Origin: Desulfopila aestuarii DSM 18488
GTDB lineage: Bacteria; Desulfobacterota; Desulfobulbia; Desulfobulbales; Desulfocapsaceae
Direction of reading: 5' to 3'
Assembly (NCBI GenBank): GCA_945863875.1
Contig: CAMBBS010000007.1
Span: 25,259 to 89,258, forward strand
DNA length: 64,000 bases
A program made the position numbers and the translations under genes. The notes under the pieces are model-generated. The model saw only the letters and a program-made list of their open reading frames with translations, searched no databases and had not been told where the DNA came from. Below, piece by piece: positions 8,711-18,323 of the stretch. Within the stretch, counting starts at the first letter, position 1. Each line of letters opens with the position of its first letter.

Positions 8711-9917
8711 ATGACCTGGAATTTTATCCTCTATCTTCTCTACGGCCTGGCTTTTTTCACACGGGGAGTGGCAATCCTCTCTAGAGATATCCGAATATCC
8801 GACTCAGTGAGCCGGGCATTGCCAGAATTATCTGGTTGCTCGCCGTTTTTGGCTTTGTCCAGGGGTTTCACGAGTGGCTGGAACTCCCCGAACAGCTCAA
8901 TCCTGAAATCAAAACGCTCTTCTTCTCTTCCCTTCGTCAATGCGTCGTCAGCATCTCTTTTCTTTTTCTGCTCTACTTCAGGCTTTTTCTCAATATCATT
9001 ACCCTTTACGGCGATCATGCTCTTAAAACTGCACCCCCTATCGTAAAATCACTCATCGGTGTATCCGCCCTCTTTCTCGTTGTCGTCGCGACATATCTCG
9101 ATCTTGATAGCGGTACGGATATCAACATCCGTCGACTCCTCGCTTTTCCAGGAGGATTGCTGTCCAATATCGGCCTGGTCATGTACTCCAGGACCGTACG
9201 GCCACTTTCTAAAAACGTGGCCACTAATTTCATCCTGGCCGGCAGTTTCATGATCATTTATGCCTTTCTGACCGGGCTAGTGCCTTCGGCTGCGGTTGTT
9301 TTTTTCGGTGACGTTAAAATTATACTGTTCTTAGGTCCAAGCGCTTTTTTAATCATGTTTTTTACCATCAAGGCTCTTTCGGTTTTCAGTCTCGAGCAGC
9401 GCGAATTGGTTGAAGAAAAGCTGCTGCGGTTCTCGCAGTCGGAAAAACTGGCATCGATGGGAATTCTTGCTGCAGGCATCGCCCATGAAATCAACAATCC
9501 TCTGACCAACGTCTCACGCAATCTGCAAATGCTTAAGGATCTGGTCGGAAACGATGTGAAAATTACCCGAAAAATTGAGGCTATTGAGCGCAACACCGAC
9601 CGGGCTACGCGCATCGCCAAGGAGCTGCTGCATTTTTCCCGGGAAAAGGAAACAGCATCACCATTGAAACCTTGCTCCGCAATGGCATCGTTATTGTCAC
9701 AATAACAGATACCGGCCACGGCATTGCCGAGGAAAATGTTATCAAAGTATTCGATCCGTTTTTCACCACAAAAGAGGTCGGCAAGGGCACCGGCCTCGGT
9801 TTGGCGATGTGCTATAATATCATCAAACAGCATGGAGGAGAGATATATCTGACCAGCAACATGCAACAGGGTACAATAGTGACTGTATCATTTCCGGCGG
9901 TGCCGAATGACAACTGA
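8711..9917 (+). pseudogene. membrane sensor histidine kinase, disrupted (at least 2 frameshifts and loss of the N-box region)
   Basis: There are three pieces in different frames. Piece 1 is 8711.. 'MTWNFILYLLYGLAFFTRGVAILSR'. Piece 2 is 8836..9705, multi-TM plus H-box 'GILAAGIAHEINNPLTNV...ELLHFSRE'. Piece 3 is 9672..9917, 'IVTITDTGHGIAEENVIKVFDPFFTTKEVGKGTGLGLAMCY'. About 50 aa expected between the H-box helix and the G1 box are missing. Confidence 0.75.
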
Positions 9918-10431
9918 CACTATCATGGTCATAGATGATGACGAGGACCTGCGCGAGAGCATTATCGAAATTCTGCTGGTAAAAAGTAAATATCCCGGCA
10001 CAAAAATCATCATGAGCACCGCCTTCTCAACTGTTGACAACGCCGTAGCGGCGATGAAAAGCGGCGCCGACGATTACCTGGCCAAACCATTCAAACGGGA
10101 CGAGCTGCTCGTTGCGGTGAAACGCAAACTCGAAAAATTACGATTTGAACAGCTGCCGCCCGAAACGGTCATGGATGACACCCTCACCTGCCTTTCCAAC
10201 CCAATCAGGCGAAATATCCTCACTGCCCCGGCGGGAAAGAAAACGATGCGTTTCATGGATATTACCCGTCATCTGGAAATCAGTGATCATACCAAGGTCA
10301 ATTTTCATCTGAAAAACCTGAAAACAAACAACCTTATTTGCCAGGATCGGCGAAAAGCCTGCCACCTCACCCTGCAGGGTGAAAAAATAATCGATTGCCT
10401 GCAATTATTTTCCACAAGATTTCCTTCATAA
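9907..10431 (+). CDS. degenerate receiver domain fused to an ArsR-type winged HTH (phospho-acceptor region deleted in frame)
   Basis: 'IMVIDDDEDLRESIIEIL' joins directly to 'KSKYPGTKIIMSTAFSTVDNAVAAMKSGADDYLAKPF'. The beta2-alpha3 stretch with the acceptor Asp (about 45 aa) is absent. The C-terminus 'LSNPIRRNIL...MDITRHLEISDHTKVNFHLKNLKTNNLI' is ArsR-like. Confidence 0.6.
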   Translation: MTTDTIMVIDDDEDLRESIIEILLVKSKYPGTKIIMSTAFSTVDNAVAAMKSGADDYLAKPFKRDELLVAVKRKLEKLRFEQLPPETVMDDTLTCLSNPIRRNILTAPAGKKTMRFMDITRHLEISDHTKVNFHLKNLKTNNLICQDRRKACHLTLQGEKIIDCLQLFSTRFPS

Positions 10432-10595
10432 TTACAAGCGGTAAGGCAGAAAACTGTGAAGGATGCTTCACAGATAGCGCTCTTCTGCGAAAAACCTTTA
10501 TCTGGAATCAATTCCACCTTTTTCATACACTCCCAATCGTACAATTCGTTATCGAGTTCCAGCCACAAAACCACCTAAATCAAAGGAGACGTCTA

Positions 10596-11298
10596 TGAAA
10601 ACAATTGGAATCCCTGTATGATGACAAAAATGTCTATTACCTCATTGCCTACAAGGATCCGACGAAAAGTCTCGCCCGGTTCCCATGGGTCAAACAGGCC
10701 GAAGGCTGTATGATCGCCTGTAACCTCAATGAGCCGGGAGACACCTCACCCGGCCGAAAATATACCGAGACTGCCGGGGAGACCATCGACATGTGGCATG
10801 CCAAATACGTCCGTTCCCTGCCGATGGGTGTGTTGGATGACCAGTATGTCGACAACAACACCGCCCCCCAAGGCAAATGCCGGCTGGGGCCGTCAGAGCG
10901 ATACCGGAAAAGGCGGATACAGGAATACTGACAATGCCCAGAAATCCGGCCCAGCGTTCATGAACCTGAAGCCTAATGCAGAGGACATGTACTACGTCAT
11001 TCCAAGCAAAAAAGTGCCTTTTGTCGACACCTTCAAGGAGGGCGATATCCAGCCCGGAATCGACATTGCACCGATGATGGGTGGCCGTGCCGACATCCTC
11101 TCCCGCAACAATTATGCGGATGGCACCTGGACTCTAGAGGTGATGCGGTCACGGAAAACCGAAGGTGAAAATGTCGACACCGAGGACGTTCAGTTCACCG
11201 ATACGGGCAAGAGCTATCCGTTCGGAATCGCTGTTTTCGATAATTCACAGATCAACCATCTCTTTCACACCGAGACACTTGAGATGAAGTTTCAATAA
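10596..11298 (+). pseudogene. EB_dh / DOMON-like haem-binding domain protein (ethylbenzene dehydrogenase gamma-like), disrupted
   Basis: RBS AAAGGAG plus ATG at 10596 gives only 'MKTIGIPV*'. The body resumes out of frame with 'SLYDDKNVYYLIAYKDPT...IDMWHAKYVRSLPMGVLDD', so no signal peptide or first part is present. A second frameshift occurs at a C6 run near 10873, before '...GPAFMNLKP...GTWTLEVMRSRKT...FGIAVFDNSQINH'. Confidence 0.65.
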
Positions 11299-11659
11299 GT
11301 ACACGGTGCCATAGATCATAGAACAATCGACACAGAAAAGTACAACAGCGAGGAGCCTTTGTTATCAATGGCTCCCGCTGTTTGTCGTTTCGTGGCTGGT
11401 ATTTTAAATCGCAGTTACACCAGTCTCCGCCCAGCTTGTGCACTTTTCCCAGCCTCCATTTGTCGTTTCTCCTCTTCATTTTCTCTTCACCGGCTCCAGC
11501 GGTGGCACTTTTCGTTTTGCTTTCACTCGGTGTCTCTGCTGAAAAGAACCGGTCTCTCCGGTGCGGCATGATATTTATTTGTTATTTCGCAACAACAGTT
11601 TTACTATGTCGAGGTACAATTTTATTAGCACTGAATCTGCTTTGTAAAACAACTGAGCT

Positions 11660-12481
11660 ATGAAAGACTATTATAAAATACTGGGAGTAACCAAGGCAGC
11701 AGGCGAGGAAGAGCTCCGCAAAAACTACCGCAAGCTGGCTATGCAATATCATCCCGACCGAAATCCGGACGACCTGGCGGCAGAAGAGCGATTCAAAGAA
11801 ATAGCCGAAGCATATGGTGTCTTGAGTGATCCGGTGAAAAAGCGTGAATATGACGCCTGCAGGGCGAGCGGAAAGACATTTGCCGGCGGCCAGGCTGGTG
11901 GCGGTGACGGCTTTACCTATAGCCAGGAAGATATTCTCCGGGATCTTTTTAAAGATCCGCGTTTTCAACAGATGTTCAGCGGTATTTTGCGGGAATTTCA
12001 ACGCTCCGGCTTCCGGTACAGCTCGCAGTTCGTCAAAAAAAGTTTTTTCGGCGGCAGAGGCGGCATGCTGGTCGGTGGTATTTTCTTTCTTGGTTCCCTG
12101 GCCGGACCTTTGCTGACCGGGGCCGCGCGAAAAAGTCTTGCGGGAAAATCCTCCATGCTTAAGTCAGTCGGCAGCGCGGTAGGCTCCCTGCTCGGCATGG
12201 GCAAAGGGAAAGAGAGACGCAATACCAGAAAAAATACGCCTTCACAAGCCCATTTGCTCGATCTCGACGTAACCTATCATACCCCTCTCACCCCCGACGA
12301 ACTCCGGCGAGGCAAAACCATCCAGGTCCTCGTTTATGGGGAAAACGGGGAACAAACCCTGAAGGTCAGCATTCCACCCGGCAGCAAAGATGGCCGGAAA
12401 CTGCGCATCCGCGGCAAAGGCCGTCCCGGCCCACAGGGCAGAGGCGACCTCTATCTGCATCTGGTCAAGAAGGAAGGCTGA
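11660..12481 (+). CDS. J-domain (DnaJ/CbpA-like) protein
   Basis: '[34 protein letters not shown]' carries the HPD motif. A Gly-rich hydrophobic middle follows ([22 protein letters not shown]). The C-terminus '..[22 protein letters not shown]' resembles a DnaJ CTD fragment. Confidence 0.8.
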   Translation: MKDYYKILGVTKAAGEEELRKNYRKLAMQYHPDRNPDDLAAEERFKEIAEAYGVLSDPVKKREYDACRASGKTFAGGQAGGGDGFTYSQEDILRDLFKDPRFQQMFSGILREFQRSGFRYSSQFVKKSFFGGRGGMLVGGIFFLGSLAGPLLTGAARKSLAGKSSMLKSVGSAVGSLLGMGKGKERRNTRKNTPSQAHLLDLDVTYHTPLTPDELRRGKTIQVLVYGENGEQTLKVSIPPGSKDGRKLRIRGKGRPGPQGRGDLYLHLVKKEG

Positions 12482-13420
12482 TCAACTTTCTTCCCTGGTG
12501 TTCTGCAGGACGACCATGGCCGCAAGGACAACAAGGACTCCGGGAATGACCCGAGCCGGAGGCAGCCCGTGTCCCAAGGCCAGATCGATAATCAGCACCA
12601 GTCCGGGATACAGATAGGAATAGGCCATGACCCGGGTGGAACCAAGGTAGGGCACTGCGTACTGGGTGAGGAAAAAAGTTACAATTGTTGTAAATACGGC
12701 AAGATAGGCAACACCACCCCAGACAAAGAGCGGCACGGTCGACCAGACCACGGTGGGCAGTTTACTCCCGGCAAAAAGAAGCAGCCAGAGACTCCCGGTT
12801 ACCAGCACCCAGAAGGTCATGATCGCCATCGACTCCCCCCGGTGCAGAAGTTTAACCAGAGGGGTATAGAGTCCCATGGCGAAGCAGCCGCCGAGAAAGA
12901 TGGCATCCCCTTTGTTCCATTGCATAGCAAAAAGCTGCGAAAAATCACCACGGAAAATGACCCAGACCACCCCGATCAACCCGCAGGCAAGGGCCAGCAG
13001 CTGCTCTCTTCGCAAGCGCTCTCTTAAAAAAAGAAGGGCGTAGCCACCTGAAATAGATGGTACCAGGGCGAAGATAACACTGGTATTGAGGGCACTGGTG
13101 TAACGAAGAGATAAAAACATGCAGCAGAAAAAAATCACCAGACAGCCGCTGATCAGGGCGCAACGGAAAAAAAGCGGCAGAGAAAATCCCAAACCATAGC
13201 GAAAATGCACCCAGGGCCCGAAAATACAGGCAGCTAGAGTAAAGCGTACCAGGGTCAGCACAGCCGGATTGAGTTCTGCGGCAATCGCCGCACCAACCGT
13301 AAACGATGTGGAAACCAGTATCGCCGAAATGACCATCAGCAGATGAATAAACCCGAGGGGATATTTTTTCTCCTGCTGGTCAAGCAGGAGAAGCGCTTTA
13401 TTACGGCGAGGCAGTGTCAT
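12482..13420 (-). CDS. DMT-superfamily (EamA-like) permease
   Basis: 312 aa, about 10 TM segments, two-fold repeat architecture typical of EamA. Confidence 0.75.
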   Translation of the reverse strand: MTLPRRNKALLLLDQQEKKYPLGFIHLLMVISAILVSTSFTVGAAIAAELNPAVLTLVRFTLAACIFGPWVHFRYGLGFSLPLFFRCALISGCLVIFFCCMFLSLRYTSALNTSVIFALVPSISGGYALLFLRERLRREQLLALACGLIGVVWVIFRGDFSQLFAMQWNKGDAIFLGGCFAMGLYTPLVKLLHRGESMAIMTFWVLVTGSLWLLLFAGSKLPTVVWSTVPLFVWGGVAYLAVFTTIVTFFLTQYAVPYLGSTRVMAYSYLYPGLVLIIDLALGHGLPPARVIPGVLVVLAAMVVLQNTREES

Positions 13421-14385
13421 CAGCTGCGAAAACGGACCTCCGGTTCATCACCGGCGGCCCCCCTCTCTTTTTGAACGTGCTGGAAGGTAGCCATTGCCGA
13501 GGCGATCATACTGCTCATATCGGTGAGATTTCCGGGGACGATCATCGTGTTGTTTTCTTTGGCGAGTTTTCCAAATTCGGTAAGATACTGTTTGGCCACC
13601 TCAAGATTGGCCGCCTCCTTGCCTCCCGGAAAAGAAAGGGCTTCGGCAACCTTTCTAATGCCTTCGGCCGTCGCCTCGGCAACCTTGAGGATCTCAAGCG
13701 CCCGGCCTTCCGCCTCGTTGACCCGCTTGATTTTCTCACCTTCGGACAGGTAAATGGCCTCCCCGCGATCCCCTTCGGCCCGATTGAGAATCGCCTGTTT
13801 CTCCCCCTCGGATCGGGCAATTTCCGCCCGTTTCTCCCGCTCGGCCTTCATCTGTTTTTCCATCGCTTCGAGGACCGTTCTCGGCGGCTGAATATCCTTA
13901 ATTTCGTAACGAAGCACCTTGACCCCCCAATTTGCGGTGGCCTCATCAAGGGCCATCACCACCTGGCCGTTGAGACTTTCCCGCGCCTCGAAGGTGTTGT
14001 CGAGTGAAATTTTGCCGATTGCCGAGCGCAGGCTAGTCTGGGCAAGCTGGGTGGCGGCAAAACGATAATCGTCAATGCCGTAGGCGGACATTTTCGAATT
14101 GACCACCTGCAGATAGAGGATGCCGTCGACCTCCAGAGTCACGTTATCAGCGGTTATGCAGGTTTGCGCAGCGATATCTATTGGTTCTTCCTTTAACACT
14201 CTGCGGTAGGCGATGACATCCAAAAACGGAAAGAGGATGTGAAAGCCGGCCTCCAGGGTCGTCCGATACTTGCCGAGTCGTTCTATGACGAACTCAGATC
14301 GCTGGGGGACCACCACCGCCGTTTTCCAGAGAACGACGACAATGAGTAACAAAATAACGCCGAGAGCTATCAGATTTTGTTCCAT
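13420..14385 (-). CDS. SPFH/band-7 (stomatin/prohibitin-like) membrane protein
   Basis: N-terminal TM, then 'VVPQRSEFVIERLGKYRTTLEAGFHILFPFLD...TADNVTLEVDGILYLQV', then a coiled-coil E/A/K-rich tail. Confidence 0.88.
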   Translation of the reverse strand: MEQNLIALGVILLLIVVVLWKTAVVVPQRSEFVIERLGKYRTTLEAGFHILFPFLDVIAYRRVLKEEPIDIAAQTCITADNVTLEVDGILYLQVVNSKMSAYGIDDYRFAATQLAQTSLRSAIGKISLDNTFEARESLNGQVVMALDEATANWGVKVLRYEIKDIQPPRTVLEAMEKQMKAEREKRAEIARSEGEKQAILNRAEGDRGEAIYLSEGEKIKRVNEAEGRALEILKVAEATAEGIRKVAEALSFPGGKEAANLEVAKQYLTEFGKLAKENNTMIVPGNLTDMSSMIASAMATFQHVQKERGAAGDEPEVRFRS

Positions 14386-14454
14386 ATTTCCCTCTTTCCA
14401 TTTTTGGCGGGAAGCCGTGTCGGAGAAACGAATAGGACAAACCCTGCGCGTAAA

Positions 14455-14904
14455 TCAGACTTTTTCCACATGAATGACCAGACCTTTCTGGGCAACGATG
14501 GCGACAATTTCGCCCTCTTCAATTTGTTCATCGGCTATTGCCCGCCAGGTCGTCCCGGAATATTTAATCCGTCCTTCGGCAGGGGGAACGATGGCCGTGC
14601 TAACAACGCCCTTCTCCCCGGCAACGGCGAGCATGACATCCTTGTCCTCTTCTTCCCCTGGCGAGGTTGGGATGTGCAGCCTTTTCTGGATTATATTTCT
14701 CAGACCAAACAGCGCACTGAGGGACGCAGTGATAAAAAGGGCCAGCTGCCAGGCAAGGCTGAGCGGGAGTAACCAGGCGGCCAATGCTGTCAATAGCGCC
14801 CCGACTGCAAAAAAGAACAGGATAAACCCAGGCACCGCCAGCTCAAGAAAGAACATCATCACCCCGATTATCAGCCAATACAGTGCCGGATTAATCTCTC
14901 CCAT
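14455..14904 (-). CDS. NfeD-family membrane protein
   Basis: 149 aa. Three TM segments plus a C-terminal OB-like 'GEKGVVSTAIVPPAEGRIKYSGTTWRAIADEQIEEGEIVAIV'. Classic pairing with the SPFH gene downstream. Confidence 0.85.
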   Translation of the reverse strand: MGEINPALYWLIIGVMMFFLELAVPGFILFFFAVGALLTALAAWLLPLSLAWQLALFITASLSALFGLRNIIQKRLHIPTSPGEEEDKDVMLAVAGEKGVVSTAIVPPAEGRIKYSGTTWRAIADEQIEEGEIVAIVAQKGLVIHVEKV

Positions 14905-14987
14905 AGCTTTTGGTCCCCTTCTTCATTAAAACGCAAAAGGAGGACGACAGTATCCGTCCTCCTTTGTTTATGCTTGTTATATTGCTT

Positions 14988-16526
14988 TCAACCGGCTTTT
15001 TCCAGATCACCGAACAGATGTCGGTACACGACCCCGGCCAGAATGATGAACATCGGCCAGGTCCAGATGAGTCCAATGCCCAGAGCAAGAAGAGAAGCCG
15101 CAAAAATTAATCCCACGGCAACCAACAAGCCCGCCATCTTCCACCATATTTTGTGGATAACCTTTCGCGACAATTCCATCGCCTGCCATGGCGACAGGCC
15201 TTTATCAATAATAAGCGGGATGGTCAGAGCGTAACCGACGACCAGATAAATCCCCGGTAGCACCAGGATCAGAAAACCAAGAGTAACGAGGATGAATTGC
15301 AGGATGGTGGCGACAATTATCGGTGCCGCACAGGAGAATCCCCTGGCGATCATTTTCCAGGAAATGCTCTTGCCGGCCGCTTGTCTCATGCCGATGAAAA
15401 GAAGACCGGCAGTGAAAAGAACAGAAAGCACATTGGTGACCGACTGAAACAGCAAGTTGCCGGCCAGGCCCGTTGGATTGGCCAGCCCATTGTCCAGCGG
15501 CGGCAGCAGCAGCGCACCTCCGGCGCCAATGACCAGGATAACACCATACATAACCGCACTAGCGGCCCAGATGGCACCTTTTGCTCCTTTTGTCTTGAAC
15601 CAGGCCTCACGAATAACCTCTCCCATGGAAAATGCACCGGTGAATCCGCTGCCGGCATCATCCATCAGGCCCATCTCACCGACGTTCTTTTCCTCTGCGA
15701 AAAGCGTCTCCTCTTTTCTTTGTCCCCGAGCGGTTTCAGCTGCCATCCACACTTCTTTAACCGGTGCACAATCGAGGCAGTAGAGCCGACCATCCATTGC
15801 GACAAAAGACTCGCCAACGCCTCCTTCTTTGCCGCATTCCCAGCATTGTTCCTTGTCTATGCCATAGGGTTCCAGCTCTACGCCCTTTCCGGGCATATCC
15901 TCTTCGCTGCTTTCGGCAACGGCAGTCTCTCCCTGATCGTCGTTTTTCTGCTCGGCAGGGCCTTCCGCATGAGCTGCACCAAGCGTTGGAAACGCTTCCA
16001 TGCGATCAAAGTCGTCAACGGGTTTTTCAAAATCTTCCTCGAAAGAACTGAGCGCTGCTGGCCCATCCTGCAGATATCCTTCCTGCTCTTCTCCCATGGT
16101 CGCCTCGGCCAGCTGCAGATCAATCTCCGAGGCAATATCGTCCCAATCCAGGGTTTCTCCCTGTTCCGCGGCAGGTGCGAGAACCGGTTCCGGTTCCGTG
16201 ACCTCCTCGCTGGGTTCGTAATGCGCCTCAAGCTCTGCTTCAACGAACGCTGCATCCGCCACCGTCGTGGACTGCTTCTCGATCTCGGTCTCGAAAAGAT
16301 CGTTATCTGCGCTAACGGGAATTTCAACCCCAGGTACAGAAGATGGTATTTCGGCAGGCAGAGGAGAGAGCGTTGCGGGAAAAGCGGCATCGGCCGACGG
16401 CTCTGAGGCCAAATCAGAAAGAACCTCAAAGACACCCTGACATTTTGGACATTTAACTTTCCGTCCAATGTACGAGTCTTCTGCCGAACCTTTAACGCCG
16501 CAGTGGGGACAATGTAATTTCATCAA
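14988..16526 (-). CDS. zinc-ribbon (MJ0042-type) / acidic linker / second CxxC..CxxC ribbon / C-terminal multi-TM domain protein
   Basis: 'MKLHCPHCGVKGSAEDSYIGRKVKCPKCQGVFEV'. About 200 aa of E/D/A-rich low complexity follows. Then 'CWECGKEG...YCLDCAP'. The C-terminal roughly 230 aa carry 5-6 TM segments (DUF975-like feel). Confidence 0.7.
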   Translation of the reverse strand: MMKLHCPHCGVKGSAEDSYIGRKVKCPKCQGVFEVLSDLASEPSADAAFPATLSPLPAEIPSSVPGVEIPVSADNDLFETEIEKQSTTVADAAFVEAELEAHYEPSEEVTEPEPVLAPAAEQGETLDWDDIASEIDLQLAEATMGEEQEGYLQDGPAALSSFEEDFEKPVDDFDRMEAFPTLGAAHAEGPAEQKNDDQGETAVAESSEEDMPGKGVELEPYGIDKEQCWECGKEGGVGESFVAMDGRLYCLDCAPVKEVWMAAETARGQRKEETLFAEEKNVGEMGLMDDAGSGFTGAFSMGEVIREAWFKTKGAKGAIWAASAVMYGVILVIGAGGALLLPPLDNGLANPTGLAGNLLFQSVTNVLSVLFTAGLLFIGMRQAAGKSISWKMIARGFSCAAPIIVATILQFILVTLGFLILVLPGIYLVVGYALTIPLIIDKGLSPWQAMELSRKVIHKIWWKMAGLLVAVGLIFAASLLALGIGLIWTWPMFIILAGVVYRHLFGDLEKAG

Positions 16527-16774
16527 ACTCCTCCAACTCTTTTAATCTTTTCTTGCTGCGAGCCTTGACCTGATGCTGCCTTTCATTCCAGTGCACACAG
16601 GCAACAGACACCTGTTTCATTCATCCCATCGGCTTAACTACAGAAGCGGCCGATTTCCTTTACGTTCAGTCTTAAGCAACGTTGCACACTCTCAACGCTC
16701 TGAAGAAGGTATATCATAAAATAATTTGAATTATACGTATAATCTTCTTATTGTTGCAGAGGAGTCAGTGCAAA

Positions 16775-16845
16775 TACAATATCTTTTTCAGTTATTCTGC
16801 CATTAAACAGAAGCTGATTACAATATTTTTTTCAGTTATTCTGCC
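16775..16845 (+). repeat. two copies of a 27-nt direct repeat (TACAATAT[C/T]TTTTTCAGTTATTCTGCC), period 44 nt, immediately upstream of folA
   Basis: Copy 1 is 16775-16801 and copy 2 is 16819-16845, with one mismatch. Each starts with a -10-like TACAAT. The second copy ends 12 nt before the folA ATG. Confidence 0.8.
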
Positions 16846-16857
16846 GAAACCACTTAT

Positions 16858-17346
16858 ATGGAAATTATTATTATAGCTGCAATGGCCAGGAACCGTACCA
16901 TTGGCAAGGATGGTGTCATGCCATGGCATATCCCCGAGGAACTCCGCCTGTTTAAAAAAACGACCATGGGGTATCCGATGGTCATGGGGCGGAAGACCTT
17001 TGAATCCTTTCCTGCTCCTCTCCCCGGAAGACGTCATATTGTTCTCAGTCGCAACAAAAACTACAGCCCACGGGGCGGCGAATATGCCGGATCCATGGCC
17101 GAGGCGCTGCGACTTTGCGGGCAGGTGGAAAAAGTCTTTCTTATCGGCGGGGCGGATATTTTCCAACAGGGTTTCGAGGTGGCGACGTCGATACGCCTCA
17201 CTCTTCTTGAAAGGAAGGTCGAAGGAGATGTCACCTTCCCGGATTTTTCCGATGAGCAGTTTGTTGAGGTGAGTCGGCAACAGTACCCCGACGGATCAGA
17301 ACCGTTTACCGTTGCCGAATACAGGCGTGCCGTCAGCACTGTCTGA
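16858..17346 (+). CDS. folA: dihydrofolate reductase
   Basis: 162 aa. Contains 'IIIAAMARNRTIGKDGVMPWHIPEELRLFKKTTMGYPMVMGRKTFESF' and 'LIGGADIFQQ'. Confidence 0.92.
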   Translation: MEIIIIAAMARNRTIGKDGVMPWHIPEELRLFKKTTMGYPMVMGRKTFESFPAPLPGRRHIVLSRNKNYSPRGGEYAGSMAEALRLCGQVEKVFLIGGADIFQQGFEVATSIRLTLLERKVEGDVTFPDFSDEQFVEVSRQQYPDGSEPFTVAEYRRAVSTV

Positions 17347-17442
17347 CATGACCCACCCTTCCCGATCACGACTCCCTCCGCGCGACAATAAGAGCGCCTG
17401 CAGAGAGTCTCCGTCACACAGGAAACAGGCAAAGAGACTGCG

Positions 17443-18012
17443 ATGAATGACCCTATAACCATCACGACATTTGAACCCAAAAAAAAACAGGGCCTCATTG
17501 TCATCATCACCGGCAACGGCAAGGGGAAGACCACCTCCGCCATGGGCATGGCCCTGCGCGGCTGCGGGCATGGACTGAAAACCACCATTGTGCAGTTCAT
17601 GAAGGGTGATCTTTACTCAGGAGAGTGGGACGGGGTGAAAAGACTGGCGCCACTAGTAAAACTGTACCATACCGGCAAGGGTTTTTGCGGCATCGAAGGC
17701 AATCCTTATCCCCACGCCGAGCATCGGAAAAATGCCCAGGACGCCCTGCAGTTGATAGCCGGTATTCTCCACGCCGACGACTGCGACACCCTGATCCTTG
17801 ATGAGATTAACAATGCACTCCAGCTGAAACTGGTGGACCTCGACCAGGTGAAAGAAATCATTTCGAGCAGGCCGGAGCATATGCATGTCATCCTCACCGG
17901 AAGAGACGCCCACCCCGAACTCATTGACCTTGCCGACACCGTCAGCGAGGTACGGGAAATAAAACACGCCTACAGAAAAGAAATCGAACCGCAGCCGGGA
18001 ATCGATTTTTAA
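17443..18012 (+). CDS. cobO: cob(I)yrinic acid a,c-diamide / cob(I)alamin adenosyltransferase (CobO/BtuR type)
   Basis: 'GLIVIITGNGKGKTTSAMGMALRGCGHG', 'VQFMKG', 'LILDEINNAL' and 'VILTGRDAHPELIDLADTVSEVREIKH'. Confidence 0.88.
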   Translation: MNDPITITTFEPKKKQGLIVIITGNGKGKTTSAMGMALRGCGHGLKTTIVQFMKGDLYSGEWDGVKRLAPLVKLYHTGKGFCGIEGNPYPHAEHRKNAQDALQLIAGILHADDCDTLILDEINNALQLKLVDLDQVKEIISSRPEHMHVILTGRDAHPELIDLADTVSEVREIKHAYRKEIEPQPGIDF

Positions 18013-18029
18013 TCCGGTGAGCAGACAGA

Positions 18030-18068
18030 CGACAAATGCCGTTCCGCAATGCGGACCGGCATTTGTCG
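18030..18068. terminator. bidirectional hairpin terminator between cobO (+) and the Cys-rich gene (-)
   Basis: CGACAAATGCCG...CGGCATTTGTCG: 12-bp outer stem with an inner TCCGC/GCGGA stem. Flanked by T/A runs. The genes are convergent. Confidence 0.7.
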
Positions 18069-18101
18069 AAAATACATGTAAGCAGACAGTCTCCTGGTTC
18101 G

Positions 18102-18323
18102 TCAGGAAATCTTGAATGGTTTACACAGTTCGGAATCTTCCGCAGCGACCCTGCCACAGGATTGGCAGGAAAATTTCATTGCGCCAAGTTTCTCTCTGCA
18201 CACGTGGGTGGCGGCAACATCGCTGTCACCACAGTACGAACAGGAGATCGTTTCAACGGTCGGATTGCAGAGATGGCCGGGGTCATCAGCCACCGCTCCG
18301 CAACTTTTACAGGTATGAGCCAT
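18102..18323 (-). CDS. 73-aa cysteine-rich protein with three C-x2-C-G-x(8-9)-(H/E)-(L/V)-C repeats
   Basis: 'CKSCGAVADDPGHLC', 'CSYCGDSDVAATHVC' and 'CQSCGRVAAEDSELC', 9 Cys in total. Clean ORF followed by the terminator above. Confidence 0.55.
   Translation of the reverse strand: MAHTCKSCGAVADDPGHLCNPTVETISCSYCGDSDVAATHVCREKLGAMKFSCQSCGRVAAEDSELCKPFKIS

Noticed and set aside
11503-11521. TGGCAC...TTGC sigma-54-like string
   Set aside because: The GG-to-GC spacing is 13 nt instead of the obligatory 10.
11620-11650. CIRCE-like half site TTAGCACTG upstream of the J-domain gene
   Set aside because: Only the left arm is present, and there is no GAGTGCTAA partner 9 nt downstream.
15297-16406. 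369-aa plus-strand ORF
   Set aside because: It is antisense to the zinc-ribbon membrane protein. It is Arg/Gly/Leu-rich with no start context.
16527-17442. ZTP/THF/cobalamin riboswitches near folA and cobO, and ZTP near purM and purD
   Set aside because: The leaders are short or lack the conserved cores I could recognise (for example the GGGTCGTGACTGGCG...CCGCCTGGGCA of the pfl/ZTP motif).
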